Counted from the stretch's first letter, positions 13,703-27,724 are shown. The stretch: DNA of 64,000 nucleotides from the human T2T-CHM13v2.0 reference genome, Homo sapiens (GCF_009914755.1 NC_060936.1), one strand, 5' to 3'. Translations and numbers: made by a program. The notes: generated by a model not told the origin, from the letters alone.

Positions 13703-13811
13703 CTTTGTGAAACACTGCAGAATCCCAGGACGTTCAACAATGTTAATGATGCCAGGAAGAAGAAGAAGCTTTCTAAATTGCCTTTGTTTAATGTGTTTGG
13801 AAACCAATTGC
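13703..13811 (-). CDS. SLC15A5: SLC15A5 coding exon (probably exon 8), 109 nt; (G)[35 protein letters not shown](R)
   Basis: Acceptor ttccaaacag|GC and donor CAA AG|gtaagt, phase 1 to 2. 'W....LN.G.L..FFF.LA.L..LN' is the typical POT/NPF TM12 motif. Confidence 0.94.
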
Positions 13812-14054
13812 CTGTTTGGAACAAATGTAATTGTTATTCAACTGCAGAGTTGTAAGTTTCTGTGAATATTTTATCATTCCACAATTCATAGAGCTTTGTT
13901 CGCTTCAGTAATATCCACAAAGCAAAAAAGCTCATCTGAAACTTGATTGTCAAAATTTATTTAATTCTGTAATTAATAGTAAAATGATAAGCAAAGCACC
14001 CCAAATATTTTGAAGGTCACAAAACACTCTTAATTTGCATCACACAAATATAGG

Positions 14055-14186
14055 TGTCAGAAGAACTGGGTTGTAAAGGTAATCCTGACTATTCCATTAA
14101 CTTGCAGGAGCCATGTGTGTATCTTATTTATCCTTATATTTGTAGTATTTAGAACAGTGCCTGGCATGTGGGGATTATTTGGCAAA
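14055..14186 (+). repeat. Local direct duplication, copy 1 (partner 15371-15500); includes an L2 3'-end fragment
   Basis: tgtcagaagaactgggttgtaaaggtaatcctga...cttatttatccttatattt...gggattatttggcaaa occurs twice. Confidence 0.9.
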
Positions 14187-14549
14187 TATATAGTGAATGA
14201 ATGAAAAGTATTTTCTATGACCAGAGAGTCTGTTTCATATGCTAATTGTAAGGATAGTGAGATGATGTATATAGGTGATAGATGTTAGATTATTTTCACA
14301 ACTTTGATAAATCCAGGGCTACCTTATGATAATATCACAGACCTCATTGGTCAAATTACTTGCAATCTCTGGCTAACATGGAGATTTTCTTTTCACCTAA
14401 TAAGTAAATTCTTCAATTTGATACCACCAAATAAAGGATCTGTACTTCATTATGATGTCATACTGGGTATATATGAAACTATTCAAGGTTCAAGGTAATT
14501 ACTTTAATTTGCTTCTAAGTTTTGACTTTTGCTTTGGAGCTGTGCTATA

Positions 14550-14616
14550 ACTCTATCTCTATCTCTGTCTCTGCCTCTGTCTCTGTCCCTGCCTCTGCCT
14601 CTGTCTCTATCTCTAT
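14550..14616. repeat. Degenerate hexamer repeat (CTCTRY)n
   Basis: Units of ctctat, ctctgt and ctctgc. Confidence 0.85.
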
Positions 14617-15370
14617 CCACGTACATACTTTTTATTTCTTCAGTAAATTTTGGGGTATTGTTTAATATATAAAATATAATGCACTATTTTATGAATATTG
14701 TATATGTGATACTTAATTTTAGGCAATACTTTAAAAACAGCAAGGAGAACTAGTATTACCAAATGTATTTACATTGCACTACAGAATGCTTAAAAGGGAA
14801 AAATCTAACTTAACAGAGAGAATTTAATTTAACTGTAGCTAGCTCTGAATGAGTTGAATTTTTTTACTGTTATGCATTATGAGAACATGAAATTATCATC
14901 TTTGAAGACACCAATGACAAGGTTTCATCATTTCCTTGCCTTTTTATAGGAACAACTCCTACAATGGAAGGTGAAGAGGGTGTGGGACCAGAGCAATCAG
15001 TCTGTTGACCCAATAGGACTGGGCTTCAGTACCATCTTTGGCACATGGGTTGTAGGGTTGTTTCCTGCAGTAGAAAGTGGTTCTTGGCCTCTCCCTTGAC
15101 AATGCATACTTATAAATGGGATTTAACTTAAATATTCTGATCATAGTCAGCAAGTGCATAAGTATGACAATTGTGATTAATTGTGCCACTTCCCATTTAA
15201 AGCTGTTTGTCTTCTGTCTTTTACCTACTCAATGACTATTACTATGGATCAGCAATGAAAATTAGCTGTGTCTATTATATTCTTGGACCTATATCTGAAA
15301 GCTAGCCTAAATAAATTATAGCACAAATAAATAAAACGGTAAAGTGCAACTTACAAAATAGGTATTATTT

Positions 15371-15500
15371 TGTCAAAAGAACTGGGTTGTAAAGGTAATC
15401 CTGATTATGCTATTAATTTGCAGTAGCTGTGTGTGTCTTATTTATCCTTATATTTTCAGTATTTAGATCAGTGCCTGACAAATAGGGATTATTTGGCAAA
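15371..15500 (+). repeat. Local direct duplication, copy 2, bracketed by inverted repeats
   Basis: Matches 14055-14186. The flanks 15329-15365 and 15546-15581 are reverse complements of each other. Confidence 0.9.
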
Positions 15501-18238
15501 ATAATACCAAAATAGGTATTATGATAGGTATAAATAAGTATTACTATACCTATTTTGTGGTTCCACTTTACCATTTTATTTGGGTTCTATTATAATGAAA
15601 ATTTATGGTTTTATTGCTACAGTTACATGATGCCTGTATCTGGTGTTTAGATGAGTAAATGAAGTTCACTGAATGTTTCTCTATAAGTCTTGTCTATTGG
15701 ATATTGTGTAGCCTTTTTGATGTGTATATGTGTGCTTTTGTGTGTGTGCATGTGTGTGTGTGTGCCCGTGCATGTGTGCACACAGGAACTAAACATTTGA
15801 TTGTACTTGAGTGGGGAGAGTTGAGGTGGAGGTCAAGATAAGGTGCAATAACATCCTACTTATTTTCAGGAAGAACTAAACCATCCTTCTAAGCCTATTC
15901 AAACAGTGCTATTTTTTCCCCTCTTGAATTAATATCCCAATTGTATTTCTGTCCTTTTCATTTCACATCAGCACTTTGCATGTCATGCGATTATACCTTT
16001 TTATCACCATGTTTCTCTGACTAGTGTAAGAGGAGTTTGCACAGAGTATGTGAAGCTTCAGAATTAACATGACATTAATTCTTCTTGGAGCATGAATTCT
16101 GGTCCATAATAAGTAATTGAAAAGACTATATTATAAGAGAGTCAGATGAGGAAGAAGAATATAAATTCACTAAGATCTTTAAAGGTAAAACATAATATTT
16201 TAAAGAAATTGTTTCATTATGGCAAATACCAGCCTTTTGGGAGATACTACTAGATCCCCCTGGGCACACCAGAGCACTCTCATCACTGGGGATGCTGTGG
16301 AAAACAGAAATGACAAGTACTATGACTTGGTATTTGGGAGTTTGTGGGTGACAGGAGAGAAGGACATTTGTACTAGAAAAGTTAGAGAAAGATAGTATAA
16401 ATCTGTGGATATGGACAAAACATTTTGTGAGTGGGATTATCTTAAAAAAAAAAAAGAAAAGAAAACCCCAAACCGAAGATTGCCATATTACGTATTCAAA
16501 CTTTCTATAATGCTCCTGTATTCATTCTTAAATATCATTTTTAGCATGTGGCTTTCTTTCTAATGCTCATCTTCATTCTAGTCCCACATTTTTTCCATAT
16601 TTAGATTCATTTAACATTCTCTGTATAGCTGATTTACATGGTAAAGAGAAGCATCGCCTGAATTGATAGCATGGGACAAACACTTGTATCAAGTCAGACA
16701 GAAAGATTCTTCAGGACACCTAAAGTTTACTTTATTTATATGGAGATGATCTGTCTATGTGAAGAGACAGAATTGGGTATAAAAAGATATAGAAAGGGCA
16801 TGGGCTTTGGAGTCAGGTAGACTTTTAAAGTTGAATCTTGCCTTAACAGTGTAGTCGTTGGGCAAATAACTGGACCACTTAAGCCTCAGTTTCTCTTCTA
16901 TGAAATGATGATAACAGAATCTCCCTTACTGAGTTGTCATGAGAAGTTAAAGAGATAATGGTTGTCAAGGGCCGGACACAGAGGAGGCACTCCACAAACC
17001 TTAGATTATCACCTCCTCCTGCCCCCTTTCCAGGTAGCTCACACACCATCATGTAGCCTGAGCTTGATCTTGGGTCTGTCTCCTATAAGATACTTCTTCA
17101 TGTTCTGTATGCCTTTTTTTTTTTTTTATCATTGTCCCAGGACTGGTTGTAAAATGTTCCGTTTAACATTGTCAGTTGACTCCGCTCTTAGGTACTATAA
17201 CTTTATTTTAGTAGCTTATAAACTTTTATTGTCGTAATTCACATTTGTGCCATTTTTCATCTGACATTTCCAGTAGCTGATTGAAATCAGGAGCATCCTT
17301 GCAAAGGAGACATAGTGAAGACTTGAGGTCTAGAATGAGGCTAACTAAACTTCTCCAGATCGCAGGATAGCTGAACAGGAGCATGAGAAACAGTGTGCCA
17401 CATAGAGTCTGATGGGTCATTCATTCCCTGCCATTCGTAATGCCCACAGTGCACCCTAGTTAATACTTTCATAATATAACCAGCTAGTTAGTAATAGTGT
17501 TCAACTGCTGAAGTAGTAAAGGACTCAAAATATTTAGCATTGTTCAGAATTCCTCCAAATATCTCTTGCTTAGCTAGATGTATTTGTTCATTTGAAAGTC
17601 ATTTTTTAGAATTTTTTTGTGTACCAGAAAATGTGCATTCCATGCTGCTTAAGAAAAGGAATTCATAAATTAGTAGGGGACAGGCAAAGGGTAATTATTC
17701 TGGAGCATTAGGCCTTGTAGACACTAAATAAAATGTTTCTATTTATCCGAAATTATCACAGTCATTTTAGAGACAAAGGATTGTAGAATCATCTAGACTC
17801 ACTCTTTATTTTATATATTAATGAGTGAAGGAACAGAGAGGTCAAGTGAAACATCACTCAGCAGAACCCTCATCTTCCTGCTGTTATATCAAATGCACTG
17901 CTGTAGTCCACCTCTTGGTGTTTAATGCAACTACCACTTTTATGACTTTCTTTAACATCTTCTCAACAGTTTTAAAATGTCTGGATTTCAGTCTTTGAAA
18001 TCACTTACCTCAAATTCTTTCTAAAATACCTAAGGACGACATTTCTACTCTGGTCCTGAGACTGGCATTCAACCTACTGTGAGATTCTTAGAGCAATTTA
18101 CACTAAATTTAAAGCTTTTGAAACTGGATTGAGAAACATATATGGTGATACACACATGCTATAACACTATAAACTACACAAATTTGCTAATATGAAAGAA
18201 AAATACAGTTTATTTCTCTTCTATCTAATGCCCTACAT

Positions 18239-18775
18239 TGTAAGGCTCAAAATTTCATTTGCTGCCTTGATGCCTTTGAGCCTCACAGGCCCCAAAGGTC
18301 TAACCACATGTTCCCCTGCTTTCATTAGATAATGCTCCTCACCCAGAGGGAAGAGCTCCCCACCTGGCTAGTTCCCCTATTAGCCAGGCCAGCTGCACTC
18401 CACCCGGGTCTCAACCTAAGACGTTTCACTTCCCTGCTAGCTCTCAACATTATTCAAAGCAACCAATCACATTTAGCCGACAGGAACCAGCCTGTCACCA
18501 CAACCCTTTGTTACTACAAAGCCTGCCCCCCACAGACCCTGCTTGTTCACTGTATGCCTGAGTGCAACCCCAGGTGACCCTGCACATATCAGGGTATTTT
18601 CCTTTCCCAGGCTGTGAGTGTATGTGACTAATAAACTGCTGTCAGTCTCATGTGTAGACTGTCTCAAAAAAAAAAAAAAAAAAAAAAAGGATGCATGTTT
18701 TCCATAATCTCATACTATTTAGAGTAAGAGACACCCCCAGGTCACCAATGTGGTGAATAAGAGATGATCAGAACA
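18239..18775 (+). mobile_element. Solo ERVL-type LTR (MER74/MER73-like) with an internal A23 tract
   Basis: TG...CA termini, a CCAAT box (~18463), a TATA-like tacaaa, aataaa (~18630) and a 3' end tcaccaatgtggtgaa...gatcagaaca. Family assignment is from recall. Confidence 0.6.
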
Positions 18776-19004
18776 GACCCTCACCACAGAAATCAAGGTC
18801 AGTTCTAGAGAAAATAGTAATAGCTTTTGCTTTAATGCATAATTACTGTTTATTTTTCTTTTGGAAGGAGGAGAAAAGAGAAAGGAACCCTCCCATTCAT
18901 CCTTCCGTATCACTACTCAGAACCAAGTACCTCTGCTTCTAAACTACATCAGGGAGTGCAACTCCCATGGAATCACAGGACAAGAAGAAATGGGAACAGA
19001 TATT

Positions 19005-19125
19005 TAAGGTAATAGATATACAAATTACCTTGATTTGACTATATAAATTTATCAAATGATCACACGTATCTTGAAAACAAGTACACCTAGTATGTATCAA
19101 TAAAAAATTTTTTAAAATAATAAAA
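19005..19125 (+). mobile_element. Short L1MA 3'-end fragment
   Basis: L1MA-type 3' terminus with an A-rich tail. Imperfect TSD aagaag(a/t)aatgggaa on both sides. Confidence 0.55.
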
Positions 19126-20557
19126 GAAGTAATGGGAATAAGACATAGTCATCCAAGAAGTATTGGATGCAGTGCAACCTGCCTGACCAAAAATAAAACA
19201 TTATAGGTGAGTATGAGTTCTGGGGGGTGCCAGATAGCCATGTATGCTTGACACTGTGGTCTATAATCACTCTATCTAGTCAGAGTGTTAGAAAACCTAA
19301 AAATGCTGTAAAGTTCTCATTGTAGCCTAGCAGTCTTGGGCTTAATGGGTCACTTTAACTGTAGACTTTAGCAAAAATATCCACATACACTCTCAGTTAG
19401 TAAACACTACTCTCAGCAAATCTCTTCTTTTGAGCATGAGTAAACAGAAAAAGGGTCAATATGGGTAAGGAAAAGTGACTACGATACATGTTATAAATGT
19501 TGCTTACAGGAAACACCCTGAACACAGAATGACAAAGCTTAAAATAATAATAATATTATTAATAATAATATAATAATGAATGAGAAACTCATAAGACAAA
19601 GACAAAAAATACTGGAAAGTACTAATCTCAGCAAAGTTGAATTCAAAGGAAAAACTATTTTAAAGGGACATTGAAAATTTTTTTATATTGATAAAAAACA
19701 CAATTCAAATTGAAGATATGCCAGTGGATTTCCCTTAAGTAATGAAATCATAAAAAAATCTGTTGTCTTTTGGAAAAAATGATATATACGTAATTCTTAT
19801 CAATGACTATAACACACTCTTGCCAGTTTTTGATCAAATTGTCAAAGAAGAGATGTAGAGAATTAAATTAATGTGATTGACAAGTGTTTAATAAAGATCA
19901 CAACATTGTTTAGTATGAAGAAAGAATATTTCACCCTCTTACAGAAGTTTCAATAACATTAGAAATAAACCAAACCTCCAAGAAATTGAAGATATGCCTC
20001 TTGGACATCTAACTGGTCAATGAAGAAATGAAACCCACAATATCAAAGTATTTAGAAAATGAAGAGAATGAGGAAATTGCATTTATACATTTAGAGATAC
20101 AGATATAAACTCTACCCAGAAGCACATTTAAAGGCACATAGGTTTTCATTTTTAAAGTCAGAATTAAAATAAATCAAATAAACATTCAAGACAAAAAAAT
20201 TAGGAAATGCATAAAACAAATCTAAGGAAAGTAGGAGTAAGGAAATAGAGATGAGAACAGGAAATCAATATATTAAACATTTTTAGATTTAATAGTTCTA
20301 AGAGATGATTCATTGGAGAAAATATGACAAATAAAACTGGCAAATCCAATCAGAATATGTAACAACAGATACAGAGGAGATAACAATGTTTAGTTACGCG
20401 TATGCTATTTTACAGTCAAAACTCTTACGGAAATGAGATGAGTACTTAGGTAAACATTAATTGCCAAAGTTGAACCAAGAAGAAATGGAAATACTTAAGG
20501 ACCAATAGTAGTAGGAAAAAGTTACAAAGAATTACTTTTTAAAAAGAGACATTAAGA

Positions 20558-22655
20558 TCCCTACCAAAATTCCACTGACACTTTTCACAGAAATAGAAAA
20601 AGCAATCCTAAAATTCATATGGAACCACAAAACACTACAAATAGACAAAGTAATCTTGAGCAAAAAACAAAGATGGAGGCATCACACTACCTGACTTCAA
20701 AATATACTACAAAGCTATAGTATCAAAACAGCATGGCATAAAAACAGACACATAGACAAATGGACCAGAGTAGAGTCCAGAAATAAATCTGTGCATTTAC
20801 AGACAACTGATTTTTGACAAAGGTGCCAAGAACAGGCTGATATGTTTAGGCTTTGTGTCCCCACCCAAATCTCATCTTGAATTGTAATCCCCATAATCCC
20901 CATGTGTCAAGGGAGAGAGCAGGTGGAGATAGTTGAATCATGGGGGTGGTTTCCCCCATGCTGTTCTCATGATAGTGAGTGAGTTATCAGGAGATCTGAT
21001 GGTTTTATAAGGGGCTCTTCCCCCTTCACTCAGTATTCTCCTTCCTGATGCCTTTGAAGAAGGTGCCTTGCTTCCCCTTCACCTTTCACCACAATTGTAA
21101 GCTTCCTGAGGCCTCCCCAGCCATGCTGAACTGTAAGTCAATTAAACCTCTTTCCTTTATAAATTACCTAGTCTTGGGCAGCTGTTTATAGCAATATGAA
21201 AACGGACTAATACCAACAAAGGAGAAAGTACAGTCTCTTCAATAAATGGTGCTGGGAAAACTGTATATCTACATGCAGAAGAATGAAATTGGACACTTAT
21301 ACCAGATACGAACAAATAAACTCAAAATAGATTAAAGGCCTCAATGCAAGACATGAAACTGTAAAACTACTAGAACAGGGGAAAAGCTTCCTGACATTGG
21401 TCTAGGTAATGATTTCTTGAATATGACAACAGAAGCATTGACAATAAAAGGAAAAATAGACAAATGAGAATGTGTCAGACTAAAATGTTTCTGCACAGCA
21501 AAGGAAATAACAGAGTGAAGAGATAACCCACAGATTGGGAAAAATATTTGCAAATTATATATCAAGTAAGGGCCTAATATCCAAAACATGTAAGGAATTC
21601 AAGATACTCAGTAAGAAAAAACCCAAATAGCTAATCGAAAATTGGGCAAATGACCTGAATAGACATTTCCTAGAAGAAGACATACAAATGGCCAACAGGT
21701 ATATAAAAAACTTTTCAATATCAATGATCATCAGGGAAATGCAAATTAAAACCACAATGAGATATCACCTCACACCAGTGAGAACGTTATGAAAAAGATG
21801 AAAGATAAGTGTTGATGAGGATGTGGAGAAAATGAAACCTTAGTACACTGTTGGTGAGAATGCAAATTAGTACATCTATTATGGAAAGCAGTATGGCGGT
21901 ACCTCAGTAAACTAAAAATAGCATTACCATAGCATTACCACATGATCCAGCAATGCTACTACTGGATATATATCCGAAGGAGTTGAAATCAGTATATCAA
22001 AGAAACTTTTGTAAATTTTAGGATACTCTCAGTTTGTTGCAGTACTGTTCACAATAGCTAAGATATGAACACAACTAAAGTGCGCATCAATTGATTAATA
22101 CATTTTAAAAAGTGGTATATATACACAATGGAATATTCAGCCTTAAAAAAGAAGAAAATTCTGTCATTTGTGACAATATGGATGAATCTAGAGTACATTA
22201 TGCTAATTGACATAAGCAAGACACAGAAAGACGAATACCATATCATCTCACTTATATGTGGAATGTAGGAAAGTCAAACTCACAGAAGCAGAGAGTAGAA
22301 TGGTGGTATTACCAAAGGCTGAAGTGGGGAAGGGGACTGGGTGGGGGAAGGGGAAATATTGGCCAACAGGTACAAAGTTTGAGTTAGACAGGAGGAATTA
22401 GTTCTGGTGATCTATTATACAGCATGGTGACTCTAGTCAATAATAATGTATTGTATATATCAAAATTGCTAAAACAGTGGATTTTAAATGTTCTCATCAC
22501 CAAGAAATGATAATTATGTGAGGTGGTGGACATGCTAATTAGACTGATTTGATCATTCCACAATGTATGCAGGTATTGAAACATTACATTGTACCCCATA
22601 GATATATACAATTACTATTTGTCAATTAAAAATAACATGCAATTTAAGAAAAAAG
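20558..22655 (+). mobile_element. L1MA (about L1MA7-9), 5'-truncated, split by a THE1 LTR
   Basis: L1 ORF2 3' part (aatcctaaaattcatatggaacca...; gcaaattaaaaccacaatgagata) and an L1MA 3'UTR ending gtcaattaaaaataa. Confidence 0.85.
20838..21214 (+). mobile_element. THE1 (THE1D-like) MaLR solo LTR
   Basis: tgatatg...tgtgtccccacccaaatctcatcttgaattgta...caattaaacctctttcctttataaattacc...ggactaatac. Confidence 0.9.
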
Positions 22656-23535
22656 AGAGATATTAGGCATTTTTAAATTTTCACGGAAAAAGTAGATCTT
22701 TTCTCTGGATCTTTCCAGAACATAGCAAAAGAATCATAATTGCCAACAAGTATTGTTTATTGCACATATATAAAGATGATTTAATATTGAAAAATTTACT
22801 AAATGCACCCTAATGATAGGTCCAGTTTCTTATGATTAAGAAATATCATAAGGTGAACTTAATAGCTACTTAAGAAACATTCGATACAATTTAAACTGAT
22901 TTGTTTACCTCTTAGAAAACAAGAATAAAGTTTTTGTATGATAAGGAATATTCTTTAAGATCACCTTTATAATCCTACAAATATACTTAATAAAAAAATA
23001 AGATATCCTCATTAAGATCATGAGCAAGATATGATGTGACTGTCTTCTGGTATTACCATTGCCCCGTAAGCTCTGGGTCCTGAGAAAGATGCAAAGCATA
23101 GGAGTAAATATTGGAAATAAGGATAAAAATTACATGTACCTGAAGATTAATTTTGCTGAAAAAGTAAAAGGGTCAACTGAAATACTCTTATAAATTTACC
23201 AAGTTTATTAAATTGGATGCAGATGAAGACATACACATTAATAAACAGTAATAATCTCCCTGTATAACAGTGATCACCTCAGTGAGTTGTAATGAGGGAA
23301 AATGAATCAGTTCAAATAGCAAAAAGGAAAAGTGTGTAAAATGTCTATGATAATTTCAACAAGAAATGATCAGGATTTATATGAAGAAAAAACCTTACTG
23401 AACTCAATTTTGAAATATTAAATTTAAAAAGTATGTTATATACTTGGATGGACCACTACCTGTTGCAAAAACTTCAGTTTTTCTAAAATTAACTTACAAG
23501 TTTTACTCATTTTATTAAAATAAAAATAGGATTGG

Positions 23536-23811
23536 GGTCTGGGTGCAGTAGCTCACACCTGTAATCCCAGCACTTTGGGAAGCCAAAGTGGGCTGATCAC
23601 TTGAGGTCAGGAGTTTGAGACTAGCCTGGCTGGCATGGTGAAACCCTGTCTCTACTAAAAAATACAAAAATTAGCCTGGCATGGTGGCAGAAGCCTGTAA
23701 TCCCAGCTAGTTGGGAGGCTGAGTTGTGAGAATTGCTTGAACCCGGGAGGCAGAGGTTGCAGCACTCCAACCTAGGCAACAGAGCGAGACACTGTCTCAA
23801 AAAAAAAAAAA
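23536..23811 (+). mobile_element. AluS (Sx/Sz-like) with a ~20 nt deletion in the right arm
   Basis: Alu consensus in which gaggttgcag joins directly to cactcc; A tail present. Confidence 0.9.
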
Positions 23812-24892
23812 TTGGAGAAAAAATAATAAAAATGTGAAATTCATCTAGAAGTATAAGCCATGGAGAATATGGTTTTCATAAATAAAAGATAACCAAAAAG
23901 ATAAGTATGAGTAATAACTGATATAAACTATATATCTTAAAATTATTATAATAATTAAAAGGAGAGTGATACTAAGCTAAAATAAAGAGGCAGCTGAAAG
24001 GAACAGGACAGAAAGCCCTGAAACTGTCCCAAGATCACCTACAAATATGTTAAAATATGTAAAACTGATTAGTTTCATTTCACTTACTGTATGGTTGTGA
24101 AATATTTAAAGTTTAACCAACTTTTCACAACCTATATTAAATACTGTTGTGAATGTTGGTTATTTGAAGCAAATAAGTATTTTCTTTAATAAAACCAAAA
24201 TGAAATCCACATGAATAGTAAAATTAATCCAAAATGGGAAACCATTAAAATTATACAACCATAGATAAATGCAATGAAATTAATCATAATGAAAAAGGTG
24301 GACAGATTTGATTACATATAGCAGCAAAACTTGTATAAAATAAATTTATGAAATAAAATGTTGAGTTAAAACTGGAAAAATACTAGCAATAAATATGACA
24401 TAAATCACAATATTCTTAAAGTATCATGAGCATATATAAACTGACAAAAGAAGACCAAAAGAAAAATAGGCCAAGAATATGACTAAGCACATCATAAAAG
24501 AGAAAAGATAAAAATGTTCTATAAACATTAAACATTTCAATTTTACACTCTAAAAAATACAAATTAAAGTAGCAATGGAATGTAATTTTTTCCAGTCAAA
24601 TAGACAAAGATCAAAATATTATGCTAAGGGCTGAAATTAATATCTTGAGGCAAGTATTATCATTTCACAATGACACATAATTGATGCAGTCTTTTAGAAG
24701 TCAATTTTGCTTTAATTCTCGATAGTCTTTAAAATATTTATCCTCACTGAAGGAATAATCCCATTTCCAGGATTCTAGTCTAAGGCGGGAATAAGTTATG
24801 TACTTAATGATCATAGAAAAGGATGCTTACCTTAGTAATATTTATAGCATGAAAAATTAGAAATAACCTAAATATTCCATAAGAAGGGAAAG

Positions 24893-24896
<4 letters not shown>

Positions 24897-24943
<47 letters not shown>

Positions 24944-24990
24944 TATATATACACATATATATATACACATATATACACATGTATATGCAC
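24897..24990. repeat. (TA)n(CA)n compound microsatellite
   Basis: Seen directly in the sequence. Confidence 0.92.
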
Positions 24991-26914
24991 CTTTCCTCAC
25001 TTCAGCAATATGTCACTCCATCTCCCACCAAAATCAGAGCTTTATCAGATACTTCAAGTGTATGTGGCATTAAGTGCAATAGCATATTGCTTTTGATTCA
25101 AGGCAGATTTCTGTTATCTCTCTTTGGAGAAAGATGCAATATTTCCCCTCTTTACAAACTACTGTTTTATTTTGAATGTAATGGAACTATGAAAATCTTA
25201 AAATGTGCCTTTTGGAATCTCTTCAAAAGATAGTTGGAGACAGTGAGGAATTATTTCCCTCAGACTTCACTAAATTTTTTTAAGTTATTTTGTAGTGCTG
25301 ATGTTCTAGCAAAAGTCCAAAATTGTCGAGACAAAACTGAAATGGATTTTATACTCTGCTTTATCTGAGGCACGCCTTCTACTTCACTATGTGCTTTTTG
25401 CTTGGGAGCGAAAAAGGGTGCAATTAAAAAGATGTAACAGTCTGTCTCCAGGGTGGATGTGCTTCTGTACCACAGGAAATAAAACTAGTGTAGTAAAAAG
25501 AGCTTTGGAATCTGGAATCCGCCATTGCTGTGTGATTTGGACAACGTATGCAACTCTCTGACCTCATTTTCCTCTTACATATGATGGGGCTACAAAAATC
25601 TACCTCCAAAGAATTGTTGTGAAGATGTAATGAAATAGTATCTTCTTGAAATGCATATAGCAAGGTCTGCATATAACTGACACTTAATAAATGTTAATTT
25701 CTTTCCTTCCTCCTTTCAGTAACCTGATTTAAATGCTTCATTTGAGATTCATAGCTCTCCTACCTGAGTTAATTTTTAAAACACATTAATTTTCATGATA
25801 CCTGAAGGAAATAATACCTAACCACTGTATTCTAACTTTGACTTTTCTACCAGTTTTTCATATTTATCTAATAAGGACTCAAATTTTTATTACCCTCAAT
25901 TTATAAACAAGAAACAAAGGCACAGAGCAGCTGAACTGTTTGCCTAAAGTCATGGAAAGGGGACAGAATAAATATTTGTTGAGTGACTGGATGAGCTGAG
26001 ATTGGGCCTCAGATCTGCACATGCTCGATACTTTGCTCTAGATAATAATGGCTGCATCACGACTTTAATGTGCATTTCCAGATCTTGGGAACTGTGGATA
26101 AAAATGAAGTCAGGTTGCTGTTTCCAGGAAGGAACACTGTGTCTTTCAAAATTGTAGGGAAATTGCTAGGCATTGTTCACCTGAGCTGCAGAGAGAACAG
26201 GCATGGGTGATATTTGGCATAACTAGCTTTCTTATAAGGGTGAGTTCATTCTCTTGAAGAGCATTGGGAGGTAAAAACCCATCAAGATAGTGTGTTCTCA
26301 TGATGATTTCAATGAATTATCATGGAAATGAGTTTTAGAAGAGAGGTAATGCTTTGTGATAATAGCCCGATAATGCCATTAGCTATGAACTGTAATTGTA
26401 ATAGCATTAGTCAAATGAATATATCTGATATTAATTTGAGTGTCAAATATTTCTATAAGGTTCTTCTTATTAATTAAACATCAGACTTGATATTATTAAT
26501 TCAGCATCTAGCAGTGCTTGCACATAGTAGGAAACCAATATGTATTTGCAACTGAATTAATAAATCAGTCTATAAGTGGGTTTATTTAAAATAGTAAAAT
26601 GTTGAAGTTAAATAATTACATGGATATAACAACACTGATTTTTGCCCAGAATCTGCTTATTTGTACAGTCTGTTCTTCATTTGCAACTCTACTAATAGCG
26701 TAGATATAATGATTTCATAATTTTAGAAGAAAGCCTTTCTTTTGCATATTTGGAGGAAAATAAACTTTTACCCCAAATTACTTTAATTTAAGAGTAGAGT
26801 TTGTGCCTTTCATCCTGTGTCTTGTGCTCTTTAGGCTATTTAAAAATCTATCAGACATCTTTATGACTGCATTGAGCTTCTGAATATCACTGGGCAAATT
26901 CATGCTTTAGGTAG

Positions 26915-27312
<398 letters not shown>

Positions 27313-27724
27313 TAAATCATCTTTTCATACCTTCATAATAAGTTTGTAATCCTTGCTCTTCCAACTCCCCATTCTCATCCTATTCCCTTTGCTCTCACAG
27401 ATGGCTCACTGCATACCTCATTAAAAAACATGGGGGGTGCCACAGGAAGGCTCCAGGATCTTTCCAGTATCAGAACTATGCATCTGTGTGCACCTGTGCC
27501 TATCTTCTCCTTTCTCTCTTCTGTTTCAGTTCAGGAAAGAAGTATCCACCTTCCAATAAGAAGTCACACTCTCTGGGTTGTCCCTGACCGAGTCCAACAT
27601 TCCTTTCTTCAGGGCATTAGCTCCATAAATTCTCTGTTCTTTCTCTTGCATTTTTAACTTCTCCATTTACAGCAGGTATTCTTATCAGAAAAATACACTC
27701 AAATGTCTCTCAGAAATAAAGTAT

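Larger units (their letters stand above)
19480..24890 (+). mobile_element. Highly decayed ancient L1M ORF2/3' region, interrupted by younger L1MA, THE1 and Alu insertions
   Basis: A-rich strand bias and recognisable L1 ORF2 remnants at 19480-20555 and 22660-24890. Antisense to SLC15A5. Confidence 0.6.
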
